Assembly: GCA_027025555.1 (NCBI GenBank)
Contig: JALVQN010000217.1
Coordinates: forward strand, 1-60,857
Direction of reading: 5' to 3'
DNA length: 60,857 nt
Origin: Desulfobacterales bacterium
GTDB lineage: Bacteria > Desulfobacterota > Desulfobacteria > Desulfobacterales > UBA2156
The translations under genes were made by a program, and so were the position numbers. Below the pieces are notes generated by a model, which was not told the origin of the DNA, did no database searches, and saw only the letters and a program-made list of their open reading frames with translations. Positions 1 to 9,157 of the stretch are shown one piece after another. Each line of letters begins with the position of its first letter. Position 1 is the first letter of the stretch.

Positions 1-110
1 AAAGGTCAAAACACGGCTCCGGCCACCTGAACGCAACCCCAAAACCGGAACGAACGGCTCATCCCCTCATGTCCCAAACATGAATCGCTCAGATTAGGAA
101 TGCAAAAAAC

Positions 111-1379
111 GTGCAATTCTACCGCTGTCGATTTGTCTGCAATCAGGCCTATAAAGGGGGTGCCATTGCTTTTATGGCCGGAGGCTCCGAACCGTCCCTG
201 TTAGAGACTGAAGAATGCCTCCTGGATGAAAATACCGCGCACCAGGCGGGCGGAGGAATATACTGCACGGGCTCAATGGGAAACCTCATCCTCCAAAGAA
301 CCACCGTGTCGGGTAACAGAGCTTCGACTGTGGGAGGCGGCATTTTTTCGAGTGACTTTTCCTCTGTGTCTCTCCACACTTCCACCTTCTACCACAATCA
401 CGCCTCCGCGGGTGCGGAAATAAGGGCCCTCGATACGTCTGTGGCTTTGAATTACGTCACCCTGGTCGCTGCCGACCCTTTGAATGCATCCAATCCTTCT
501 CTTTTTTTTGGAGGATCCTGGAGCTCCCTTCATCTGTATGACACCATCCTTTGGGGAAATTGCCAGGATGTGGTGCTGTCTGGCACCTCTAAAAAGAACA
601 TGGGAGATCCATTGCGTACCTGCGGCCTGGGAAATTTTGATATCCTTGTGGATACGGATCCCTTGCTGCGGCCCCTGGCTAACTACGGCGGACCCACGCC
701 GACGGCCCCTCCGGCGTATGGCAGCGTGGCCATCGACCCGCCTTGGAATCTGACCAATTGCCCCTGGCCGGACCAGAGAGGCGTGGACCGGCCCCAGGAC
801 GGCAACGGGGACGGGGTGGCCAAATGTGACATCGGCGCGGTGGAGGTGCGCCCCCTGGACCTCAGGCCCTGGTGGCTGAGCCATCACGCAAAGATAGAGC
901 TCATCAACTTTTCTGAAAGCGCCTGCGACCATTTCAAAAACGGTGTGATCACCCAGATCCACGTGGAATTGTATGTCCTGGATGAAAGCCGGGACACGCC
1001 CTGGTTCTGGGATGAATTCGACTTCGACGGTCCCATCGGGCCCGGGGAATCGGACACGTTTTCCTTTGATTGGCCCATGCATAAGGAAGAGCCCGGCGCG
1101 AATGCCCGGCTGTTTTGGACCCTGACACTGACCCTTGAGGTCCCGGGGGAGACCGCCACAGAGGCCGTCAGGGGCTATCGTCCCACGCCCCCACCCACGC
1201 CCCAGAATCCTCAACGCTTTACCCTGTGGGCCTTTGATACGGACACCCCCCGGTTCCGGGAACAGCCGCCTCAGGTACCGGTGGACGTGGATGAAAACCA
1301 TCGCCGGGCAACATTTTTTCTCTTCGGACCCGGGTGCCCGGAGTCGCCGGTGGGCAGGGCCTGTTTCCATGTGAGATAA
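111..1379 (+). CDS. Choice-of-anchor Q / polymorphic beta-helix repeat protein, probably 5'-truncated
   Basis: GGAI/GGGI..N.A repeats, then DPLLRPLANYGGPTPT...DQRGVDRPQDGNGDGVAKCDIGAVE (choice-of-anchor Q signature) and a Pro/Thr-rich linker. No signal peptide. In-frame TGA at 81-83. Confidence 0.6.
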   Translation: MQFYRCRFVCNQAYKGGAIAFMAGGSEPSLLETEECLLDENTAHQAGGGIYCTGSMGNLILQRTTVSGNRASTVGGGIFSSDFSSVSLHTSTFYHNHASAGAEIRALDTSVALNYVTLVAADPLNASNPSLFFGGSWSSLHLYDTILWGNCQDVVLSGTSKKNMGDPLRTCGLGNFDILVDTDPLLRPLANYGGPTPTAPPAYGSVAIDPPWNLTNCPWPDQRGVDRPQDGNGDGVAKCDIGAVEVRPLDLRPWWLSHHAKIELINFSESACDHFKNGVITQIHVELYVLDESRDTPWFWDEFDFDGPIGPGESDTFSFDWPMHKEEPGANARLFWTLTLTLEVPGETATEAVRGYRPTPPPTPQNPQRFTLWAFDTDTPRFREQPPQVPVDVDENHRRATFFLFGPGCPESPVGRACFHVR

Positions 1380-1468
1380 AAGGGGCCTTCGGGTGGATAT
1401 AAGAAGCCCGCCCCCGCCACCGAGGATCAGGAAACGCCCTGCTTAAAAAGAAAAGAGGTAAGGTGTAA

Positions 1469-2359
1469 ATGGAAACTTATCTCTGGATGCCGGGAATCGG
1501 ACTGGCGGCCCTGATCGCCACCTGGCGCTGGTGGTTTCTGGAGTTGATGGTTCCAAAGACCCTGGGGCGATGGCTCCTCGCCACCTGTTATCTTGTCCCG
1601 GTGGGGGCCCTTTTTTTCCTGGGCATTGGCGTGGACCTGAAAAAAACACCCTCTCCGGCAGGCGTGGCCTTCATTGCGGCCTTTTTGCTCGGCGTGTGGT
1701 TTCTGACGGGACTGCCCATGGCCATGTTCAAGCCCTTTGGCGCCATCGAAAGCCGAAAGGTGCGGCGGGCCTATGCAAAAAGGCACGGCCTTTCTTTTGA
1801 GGAAAGGCGAATCGACACCCACCTGCTTCCCGGTGTCACAGGTCTTTTCAGCCGCCGGCTGCGCAACGTGCTTGCGGTTGCCGGCAACGCCTATATCGCC
1901 ACGACGCTGCGATCCGTCACGGACCGGGACCGGGAGACGACCCTTTGCCGGGGCTTCGACTTCATCGCCGTGCAGGGGCTGCCCCTTAAAGGCCTGGGGA
2001 TCGTCGTCCATGAACGGCGCGAGTACCCGCCGGAAAAAGGGGAGATTCAATGGAGATTCAAGGGGGAAGTCTTCCGCATGCCCTTGGCTGAAGCCCTTGG
2101 GGTGATGAAAACCGGCGGCCGAAGCGTTCGCGGCGGCAACCAGGGTCCCCGGGAGGTCGTCGATGCCGTTCTGGAGACCGCAGCCGGCGGATCCATGGCA
2201 ATCTTGTCCCTTTTGAAGCGCTTGTACCTTTTCAACGGACGCATCACCCTGGAGCTGGAGTACCTCGACACGGAACAGAAGCTTTCCCAAGGGGTTCGCT
2301 GCGCCAAGAGGCTCGCCGCTTGGCATCCGCCGCCATCCCTTTTCGGCGAAGATTCTTAA
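1469..2359 (+). CDS. Hypothetical membrane protein (about 3 N-terminal TM helices plus a soluble domain)
   Basis: 296-aa ORF with GAGG/AAGG upstream and hydrophobic N-terminal segments. No recognised motif. Confidence 0.6.
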   Translation: METYLWMPGIGLAALIATWRWWFLELMVPKTLGRWLLATCYLVPVGALFFLGIGVDLKKTPSPAGVAFIAAFLLGVWFLTGLPMAMFKPFGAIESRKVRRAYAKRHGLSFEERRIDTHLLPGVTGLFSRRLRNVLAVAGNAYIATTLRSVTDRDRETTLCRGFDFIAVQGLPLKGLGIVVHERREYPPEKGEIQWRFKGEVFRMPLAEALGVMKTGGRSVRGGNQGPREVVDAVLETAAGGSMAILSLLKRLYLFNGRITLELEYLDTEQKLSQGVRCAKRLAAWHPPPSLFGEDS

Positions 2360-2402
2360 AGGCCGCGGCGCACGGCGGCAGACAAGCTGTCGGGTTTGCG
2401 GA

Positions 2403-3938
2403 TTATTCGACGCTGGCCCTTTCGATGCGCACATACCAGCGCCGCTTTTCCTTTTTACTTTTCACCCGAACGGGGGTGGGGACGGTGATGAAATCCCCGG
2501 CCTTGATCTTTTGGGAGACTTTGAACCGGAGTTTGTCTTTAAAGTTTCTGGACAAAACGAGGGAAAGGTTGGAAACCGTCACCGTGGTGGCATTTTTGAT
2601 GAACACGTGAAGGCGTCCGCCGCGTTCCTTCAGGTAGCACGTGAGATACCGGCCCGGGTGCCGGGGCAGGTCCAGGCGGTGGAGCATCCGCATGGCGGCC
2701 TTTCCGGATTCGGACCGGGCGTTGGCCGCTTTTCTAAAAAGCGCCACGGCCTTTTTTTTGTCTCCTTCGCGCAAGGCGATTTGTCCCAGGAAAAAATGGG
2801 CGTCGGAGGTGGGATACAGGTCGATGCTTTTGTTGAAGTCCCGACGGGCCAGGGCGTAATGCCCCATGGCGGCGTGGAGCCGCCCCCGTTCCAGGGGATG
2901 CCGGAAAAAGGTGGGATCCCTCCGGATGGCCTCGTTGAAGGCGGCCAGGGCGGCCCTTCGATCTCCCCCGAGGGAAAGGGCCGATCCCAAAAGGCCGTAA
3001 AAGAGCGCTTCTTCCGGTTCTATGGCAAGGGCCCTGCGGGCCAGGGCGCGGGCTTTATGGGCCTTGCCTTTTTTCAAGGCCGCAAGCCCCTTGTCGTACA
3101 TGGCGTAAGCGGCCTTGGTTTTCAACAGTTTTGCGATTTTTTCCCGATAGCGCCGGACCCCGCGCTCCCGGCGGCCGCCGGCGAGCTTGGCCGCTGTTTC
3201 CCTGTTTTTTTCAAGACGCTCGGCAGTGGGGGGGTGGGTGGAGAGCAGCCCCTCGAGCCAGCTTTTCTTTTTCTTTTTGGCCATCTCCAGGAACTTTTCC
3301 TGGAGGCTCACGGCGGCTTCAGGATCGTATCCGGCCCGGTTCAGGTATAAGATGGAATAATAATCGGCTTCCAACTCGTCTTCCCGGGAATAGGCCTGCT
3401 TGATCAGTGTTGTCCCCACCACCGCGGATCCCACGGCCAGCACCGAGAAATCACTCCCGCCGGCGGCGATGGCGGCTGCGGTGACCAGGCCTTGAAACAC
3501 CAGGTTTCTTTGGGCGCTCTTGGCGCCGTGGCGTGCGGCGGCGTGGACGATTTCATGGGCCAGCACGGCGGCCAGCTCGGCTTCACTGTCCAATTCCACG
3601 AGCAATCCCCGGGTGATGGCGATCTTGCCGCCGGGAAGGGCCCAGGCATTGGGTGTGGAGTTGTTCAGGATCACAAATTCATAGGCAAGCACCCGATCGC
3701 TGATGCGGGCGATCCGGTTTCCCACCTGCCGGACGTAGCGGCTCAAGTCCGGATCCAGGAGATAATCGCCGCCGGACATCTGACGGGAAGGCCGGTATTG
3801 CTTTTCCCCGATATCCTTTTCCATGGATTCGGACAAAAGCACCAGTTCCTTTTTGTGCGTGACCGGGTTGGCGGCGCATCCGTAAAGGCCCAGCAGCGCC
3901 AAAAGCAGGGCAATCAGACGGATGGGTTTTGTTTGCAT
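2403..3938 (-). CDS. M48-family Zn metalloprotease lipoprotein with TPR repeats (BepA/YfgC-like)
   Basis: Lipobox LYGC, NAWALPGG, HEIVH zinc motif, YSREDELEAD, STHP, C-terminal TPR-like helices. Confidence 0.88.
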   Translation of the reverse strand: MQTKPIRLIALLLALLGLYGCAANPVTHKKELVLLSESMEKDIGEKQYRPSRQMSGGDYLLDPDLSRYVRQVGNRIARISDRVLAYEFVILNNSTPNAWALPGGKIAITRGLLVELDSEAELAAVLAHEIVHAAARHGAKSAQRNLVFQGLVTAAAIAAGGSDFSVLAVGSAVVGTTLIKQAYSREDELEADYYSILYLNRAGYDPEAAVSLQEKFLEMAKKKKKSWLEGLLSTHPPTAERLEKNRETAAKLAGGRRERGVRRYREKIAKLLKTKAAYAMYDKGLAALKKGKAHKARALARRALAIEPEEALFYGLLGSALSLGGDRRAALAAFNEAIRRDPTFFRHPLERGRLHAAMGHYALARRDFNKSIDLYPTSDAHFFLGQIALREGDKKKAVALFRKAANARSESGKAAMRMLHRLDLPRHPGRYLTCYLKERGGRLHVFIKNATTVTVSNLSLVLSRNFKDKLRFKVSQKIKAGDFITVPTPVRVKSKKEKRRWYVRIERASVE

Positions 3939-3967
3939 GGATCGGTCGAGGGCTTTTACGGGACGAT

Positions 3968-4435
3968 TCAGTCCCCCATCTTGGCCATATAGTCGTCGTA
4001 AAGGGTTTCCAGGGTGAGCTTGTGTTTGGCCTCTTCCTGGCAGAGGATCTTGAAGACCTTCTTGGCGGCCTCGGTTTCCGCCTGCCCGAGGAGGTCGTTG
4101 TACAGGGCCAATGCCTTTTCCTCCCGCTTCATGGCCAGCATGAGGATTTCATGGTAGCCCATGTCCTCGTGGTATTCGGTGTCCACCACATAATTGCTTC
4201 GTTTGATATCCGGAATCCATTTGAACCGATAGGACTCCACCATGGAGTCGGCCTGGCCGGTCTTGATTTTGGTCAAAAGCTCCACGTGCTTTTTTTCCTG
4301 CTCCACGAAATCGGCAAACATCTCCCTGGAACCGGGCAGGGACTCTTTTTGGGAAAGATCGCGGTAAAAGGCAACGGCTTCTTTCTCCCTTTCAATGGCA
4401 AAATCGAGGATTTCTTCCACACTGTTAAACTTCAT
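3968..4435 (-). CDS. Rubrerythrin/ferritin-like diiron protein
   Basis: Start reassigned to MKFNSVEEILDFAIEREKEA (ATG at 4435, AGGA upstream). Two E...ExxH modules (EKKH, EAKH). Confidence 0.85.
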   Translation of the reverse strand: MKFNSVEEILDFAIEREKEAVAFYRDLSQKESLPGSREMFADFVEQEKKHVELLTKIKTGQADSMVESYRFKWIPDIKRSNYVVDTEYHEDMGYHEILMLAMKREEKALALYNDLLGQAETEAAKKVFKILCQEEAKHKLTLETLYDDYMAKMGD

Positions 4436-4616
4436 GGGCTTTTCCTTTCTTTCGTATGGGATGATCGGCATGAGCCATTGATTCTCTGTAAAAAGTATCG
4501 TTTCAGATGTCAAGATTTGTCCATGAAAAACGCTTGACACGAAATGAAAATTTATGTCAAGGTACCCTCTTCGCCTTTTTGCGGCAACCCCAAATCCGCC
4601 GACCAAGGAGTGTGTG

Positions 4617-5231
4617 ATGACAGTGCCCGTTCACGAATACGACCCCCAAGAGGCCCGCTCCCTCATCGAGGAGGTGAGTGAACGTTCCGGGCAGAACCTC
4701 TTGGCATGCTATCAGTGCCGCAGATGCGCCGCCGGATGCCCCGTGGCCGAAGAGACCGAATATGTGACCCCGGACCGGCTGATCCGGAGGATCGCCCTGG
4801 GGGACCGGGAAGGGGCCCTGACGAACGAACTGGTATGGCGCTGTGTTTCCTGTTACACCTGCGGCACCCGGTGCCCCAACGACATCCAGACGGCCCGGAT
4901 CACCGAAACGTTGAAGAAAATGGCCAAGGAAGCCCATCTGGAACCCTTGAGGCCCAGGATCGCCGCCTTTCACAGCGCCTTCATGGCATCCGGCGTCCGG
5001 TGGGGCCGGGTGAACGAGATGGAATTCATGGGGATCTATGAGACGAAAACCGCGTTGGAGTCTCTCAAACGCATGGATCTCAAGGCCGTTGCCGAGGAAC
5101 TGAAGGCCCAGGTCGATTTCGGCCTGGCCATGTTCAAGCATAAACGGATGCACATGGGTCTCCAGATGGCCAAGGGGCGCAAGGAGATCCACCGCCTGAA
5201 AAAGAAGGCGGAGCAAAGAAGAGGGAAATAA
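4617..5231 (+). CDS. hdrC: Heterodisulfide reductase subunit C-like, 2x[4Fe-4S]
   Basis: CYQCRRCAAGCP and CVSCYTCGTRCP. AAGGAG RBS before ATG 4617. Directly upstream of hdrB. Confidence 0.88.
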   Translation: MTVPVHEYDPQEARSLIEEVSERSGQNLLACYQCRRCAAGCPVAEETEYVTPDRLIRRIALGDREGALTNELVWRCVSCYTCGTRCPNDIQTARITETLKKMAKEAHLEPLRPRIAAFHSAFMASGVRWGRVNEMEFMGIYETKTALESLKRMDLKAVAEELKAQVDFGLAMFKHKRMHMGLQMAKGRKEIHRLKKKAEQRRGK

Positions 5232-6115
5232 TGGATATCGCCTATTATCCCGGTTGTTCCCTGAAAGCCTCTTCCGCCCTGTACGATGTGCAAAGCCGGC
5301 GGGTTTTCGAGGCACTGGGAGTTCATTTGAAGGAGATTGAGGACTGGAACTGCTGCGGCGCCACTTCCGCGGGCAAGGTGGACGATTTCCTGGCCGTGGC
5401 CATGCCGGCGCGCAACCTCGGCATCGCCGAGGCCACGGGATTGAGCGAAATGGTCATTCCCTGTTCGGCGTGTTATTCCAGGACCCTGGTGGCCCAGGCC
5501 CAGTTGGAAAAGGATGCGGACTTGAAGGAGGCCGTCAATGAAGCGCTTGCCGCGAAGGTGACAGGCGGCATCAAGGTTTCTTCCATTTTGGAGGTCCTCC
5601 TTGCCGTGGTGGCCTCGGGGGATATGAAGCAAAAGATCCAAAAGGACAAGAAGATCCTCAAGGCCCTGAAGCCCGCCTGTTATTACGGCTGCCTGCAGAC
5701 CCGATTTCCTTGCGCGGTGCCGGTGCCCGACGACGTGGAGAATCCCCAGGGCATGGAAAAGGTGCTCCGGGCCATCGGGATCCAGGCCATGGACTGGAGC
5801 TACAAAACGGATTGCTGCGGCGCTTCCTCGGCGGTGACGGATGAAGAGGCTGCCGACGCCCTCATGGCCCGGATCGTGAAAGACGCCGTGGCCCGGGGCG
5901 CCCACTGCCTGGTGGTCACATGCCCCATGTGCCAGTTGAACCTGGATGCCCAGCAGGATCGGTTCGGCCCCAAATACGGCATCCAAAAGCGGCTCCCGGT
6001 CTTTTTCATCACCGAAATTTTGGGCCTGGCCATGGGGATGAGCGTGGAGGAACTTCAAATCGACCGCCACCTGACGGACGGCACCCAGTTATTAAAGGAG
6101 TTGGAATGGATATGA
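5231..6115 (+). CDS. hdrB: Heterodisulfide reductase subunit B-like (CCG domains)
   Basis: YYPGCSL, DWNCCGA, PCSAC, YYGC, DCCGA, TCPMCQLNLD motifs. Confidence 0.92.
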   Translation: MDIAYYPGCSLKASSALYDVQSRRVFEALGVHLKEIEDWNCCGATSAGKVDDFLAVAMPARNLGIAEATGLSEMVIPCSACYSRTLVAQAQLEKDADLKEAVNEALAAKVTGGIKVSSILEVLLAVVASGDMKQKIQKDKKILKALKPACYYGCLQTRFPCAVPVPDDVENPQGMEKVLRAIGIQAMDWSYKTDCCGASSAVTDEEAADALMARIVKDAVARGAHCLVVTCPMCQLNLDAQQDRFGPKYGIQKRLPVFFITEILGLAMGMSVEELQIDRHLTDGTQLLKELEWI

Positions 6116-9100
6116 GCCCAGATACCCCCGACCAGACGACAAAGCGCGGATCGGTGTTGATCGTGGGCGGCGGCATCGGCGGGATGCAGGCCGGCCTCGA
6201 TCTGGCGGACAGCGGCTTCAAGGTCCACATGGTCCAGAGGGACTCTTCCATCGGCGGGACCATGGTCATGCTGGACAAAACCTTCCCCACCGGGGACTGT
6301 TCCATGTGCATGATCTCCCCCAAGATGGTGGATTTGGGCCGGCACATGAACGTGGACATTCATACCCTGGCCACGGTGACCGGGGTGGAAGGGGTGCCCG
6401 GGGACTTCACGGTGAAGATCCGGCAGGAAGCCCGGTATGTGGATCCGGAACTGTGCACCGGGTGCGGCATCTGTGAAGAGAAATGCCCCAAGAAGGTCAC
6501 CAGTGAATACGAGCAGGGATTGACGGTGCGAAAAGCCATCTTTTCCCTATTTCCCCAGGCCCTGCCCAACACCCGGGTGATCGACCGGGACAACTGCATC
6601 TATTTTAAAAAGGGCAAATGCCGGGCCTGTGAAAAGTTCTGTCCCTCCAAGGCCATCCGATTCGAGGATACCCCGAAGGAATTCGAGATTCGGGTGGGCG
6701 CCATCATCCTGGGTCCTGGCCTGGACCGGTACAACCCCCGGGTACGCCAGGAGTTGGGTTTTGAAAGGTGGCCCAATGTGGTGACCTCCATCCAGTTCGA
6801 ACGGATCCTGTCGGCTTCCGGGCCTTACAAGGGGGAGGTGAAGCGACCCGGTGACGGAAAGCATCCCAAACGGGTGGCCTGGATCCAGTGTGTGGGATCC
6901 AGGGACTCTCACAACGCCAACCCCTGGTGCTCTTCTGTCTGCTGCATGTATGCCACCAAGCAGGCCATCATTGCCAAGGAACACGACAGCCGGATCGAGC
7001 CCACCATTTTCTATATGGAGATGCGGGCCTTCGGCAAAGACTTTGACAAGTATGTGAGCCGGGCCAAGGAGGAATTCGGGGTCACCTACCGCCGGGCCAT
7101 GGTCTCGGCGGTGCGCGAGGAGCCCGGCACCGGAAACCTCCTGTTGCGCTATGCCCGGGAGGACGGCATCCTGAAGGACGAGTCCTTCGATCTGGTGGTT
7201 TTGTCCATCGGGTTCCAGCCCCATGCCGATGCCCGCGACTTTGCCGAGATCTTCGGCATCGAACCGAATGCTTACGGCTTTGCCAAAACCACCCAGTTCA
7301 ATCCGGTGGAAACCTCCAGGCCCGGTGTTTATGTCACCGGGATCTACCAGGGGCCCAAGGACATCCCGGAGACCGTCATGCAGGGGAGCGCCGTGGCCGG
7401 ACGGGCCATGGCCCTGCTGGGGGAGGCCCGGGGCACCGAGGTTGCCGAGAAAACACTCCCGCCGGAAAAAGACGTCAAAGACGAGGAACCGCGCATCGGA
7501 CTCTTTGTATGCCACTGCGGCATCAATATCTCCCAAACCGTGGATGTCAAGAAGGTGGCCCAGGAAGGGGCCTCGCTGCCCAACGTGGTCCATTCCGAGG
7601 ATTTGCTCTATGCCTGCGCCCAGGACAGCCAGGAGAAGATCAAGACCCTCGTCAAGGAAAAGAACCTGAACCGGGTGGTGGTGGCTTCCTGCACCCCCCG
7701 CACCCATGAACCCCTCTTCCAGGAGACCATCCGGGATGCCGGGCTCAACAAGTACCTCTTCGAGCTGGCCGACATCCGGGAGCAGTGCTCCTGGTGTCAC
7801 ATGGGGCAGCGGGAGGTGGCCACGGAAAAGGCCATGGATATCGTCAAGATGAATGTGGCAAAAGCCAAGCGATTGGAGCCGGTGGCCTCCGGCTCGGTGG
7901 GCGTCACGCCGGCGGCCCTGATCATCGGCGGCGGGATCGCCGGGATGGTCACGGCCCTGTCCCTGGCGGATCAGGGGTATCACGCCCATATCGTCGAAAA
8001 GGAAGCCCGGCTGGGCGGGCTTTTGAAGGACCTCCATCGCACGCTGGACCAAAGCGATGTCCAAGCCTATTTGAAAGAAACCGTTGCCAAGGTCGACGCC
8101 CATCCCCACGTGACGGCCCATACAGGCACCCAAGTCCAAAAGACCGATGGATTTGTGGGCAATTTCAAGACCCTCCTGACCAACGGCGAAACCCTCGAGC
8201 ACGGCGCCATCGTGATCGCCACCGGTGGCGTGGAATATGAGCCCAGCGAATATCTTTTCGGCCAAAACGACAGGGTGATGACCCAACGGACGCTTGAAAA
8301 GCGCCTGGCCGCGGGCGGCCCCGGAATCGGGGGGCGGTATGTCATGATCCAGTGCGTGGGATCCCGGGAAGAACCTTACAATTACTGTTCCAGGGTCTGC
8401 TGCCAGGATGCCATCAAAAACGCCATCGCCATCAAGGAAAAGGCGCCGGAGGCCCAGGTCACCATCTTGTACCGGGATATCCGTACCTACGGGCTTCGGG
8501 AAGACTACTACAAGAAAGCCCGCGACCTGGGGGTCCTCTTCGTCCTTTACAAGGAGGACCGGAAACCGGTGGTGGAAGAAACCGGTGACGGACTCAGGGT
8601 GAGGGCCTTTGACTATCTGCTGGGAAAGGAGATCGCCTTCAGGGCCGACCATGTGGTGCTTTCGACGGGCTTGAGGCCCCATCCCACCGCGGCCAAGGTT
8701 GGAGAAATGTATAAATTGACACGGAATCCGGAAGGGTACTTCCTGGAGGCCCATGTCAAGCTGAGGCCGGTGGATTTTCCCAGTGAGGGCATTTTTGTCA
8801 CCGGCCTGGCACACGCCCCCAAGAATCTCGATGAAACCATCAGCCAGGCCCTGGCGGCGGCAGGCCGCGCGGGGGTGCTCTTGTCCCATGAACGGCTGGC
8901 GGTTTCCGGGATCATTTCCAAGCATGACCGTGATCTTTGCATGTCCTGTCTCACCTGTTTCCGGGTCTGTCCCTTCGGCTCCCCGTTCATCGATGAAGAC
9001 GGCAAGGTCAGTCATAACGAGGTAAAATGCGTGGGTTGCGGGATCTGTGCATCCGTCTGCCCCATGAAGGCATTTCAGGTCAACAACTTCAGGGACGACC

Positions 9101-9144
9101 AGATCGTGGCGATGATCGACGCCCTGACCGAAAGCGCGTCCTAA
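6106..9144 (+). CDS. hdrA: Heterodisulfide reductase subunit A-like flavo-Fe-S protein, tandem-domain form (~1012 aa)
   Basis: GGGIGG, LDKTFPTGDCSMC, inserted ferredoxin, IQCVGSR..CSSVCCMY, GPKDIP. Second module VCHCG..SCTP..REQC, GGGIAG, IQCVGSR..CSRVCC. C-terminal 2x[4Fe-4S]. AAGGAG RBS at 6095-6100; alternative start 6112. Confidence 0.92.
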   Translation: MDMSPDTPDQTTKRGSVLIVGGGIGGMQAGLDLADSGFKVHMVQRDSSIGGTMVMLDKTFPTGDCSMCMISPKMVDLGRHMNVDIHTLATVTGVEGVPGDFTVKIRQEARYVDPELCTGCGICEEKCPKKVTSEYEQGLTVRKAIFSLFPQALPNTRVIDRDNCIYFKKGKCRACEKFCPSKAIRFEDTPKEFEIRVGAIILGPGLDRYNPRVRQELGFERWPNVVTSIQFERILSASGPYKGEVKRPGDGKHPKRVAWIQCVGSRDSHNANPWCSSVCCMYATKQAIIAKEHDSRIEPTIFYMEMRAFGKDFDKYVSRAKEEFGVTYRRAMVSAVREEPGTGNLLLRYAREDGILKDESFDLVVLSIGFQPHADARDFAEIFGIEPNAYGFAKTTQFNPVETSRPGVYVTGIYQGPKDIPETVMQGSAVAGRAMALLGEARGTEVAEKTLPPEKDVKDEEPRIGLFVCHCGINISQTVDVKKVAQEGASLPNVVHSEDLLYACAQDSQEKIKTLVKEKNLNRVVVASCTPRTHEPLFQETIRDAGLNKYLFELADIREQCSWCHMGQREVATEKAMDIVKMNVAKAKRLEPVASGSVGVTPAALIIGGGIAGMVTALSLADQGYHAHIVEKEARLGGLLKDLHRTLDQSDVQAYLKETVAKVDAHPHVTAHTGTQVQKTDGFVGNFKTLLTNGETLEHGAIVIATGGVEYEPSEYLFGQNDRVMTQRTLEKRLAAGGPGIGGRYVMIQCVGSREEPYNYCSRVCCQDAIKNAIAIKEKAPEAQVTILYRDIRTYGLREDYYKKARDLGVLFVLYKEDRKPVVEETGDGLRVRAFDYLLGKEIAFRADHVVLSTGLRPHPTAAKVGEMYKLTRNPEGYFLEAHVKLRPVDFPSEGIFVTGLAHAPKNLDETISQALAAAGRAGVLLSHERLAVSGIISKHDRDLCMSCLTCFRVCPFGSPFIDEDGKVSHNEVKCVGCGICASVCPMKAFQVNNFRDDQIVAMIDALTESAS

Positions 9145-9157
9145 GGAGGAACCACGG

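Noticed and set aside
6280-6320. Selenocysteine in the HdrA DKTFPT..C..C motif
   Set aside because: The codons are TGT/TGC and the frame has no UGA, so this HdrA is the Cys form.
6547-9015. 822-aa minus-strand ORF, and similar long antisense ORFs such as 45051-46922, 33296-34495, 15598-16854 and 58725-59909
   Set aside because: These are shadow frames of well-supported genes, expected from GC-rich codon bias, and carry no motifs.
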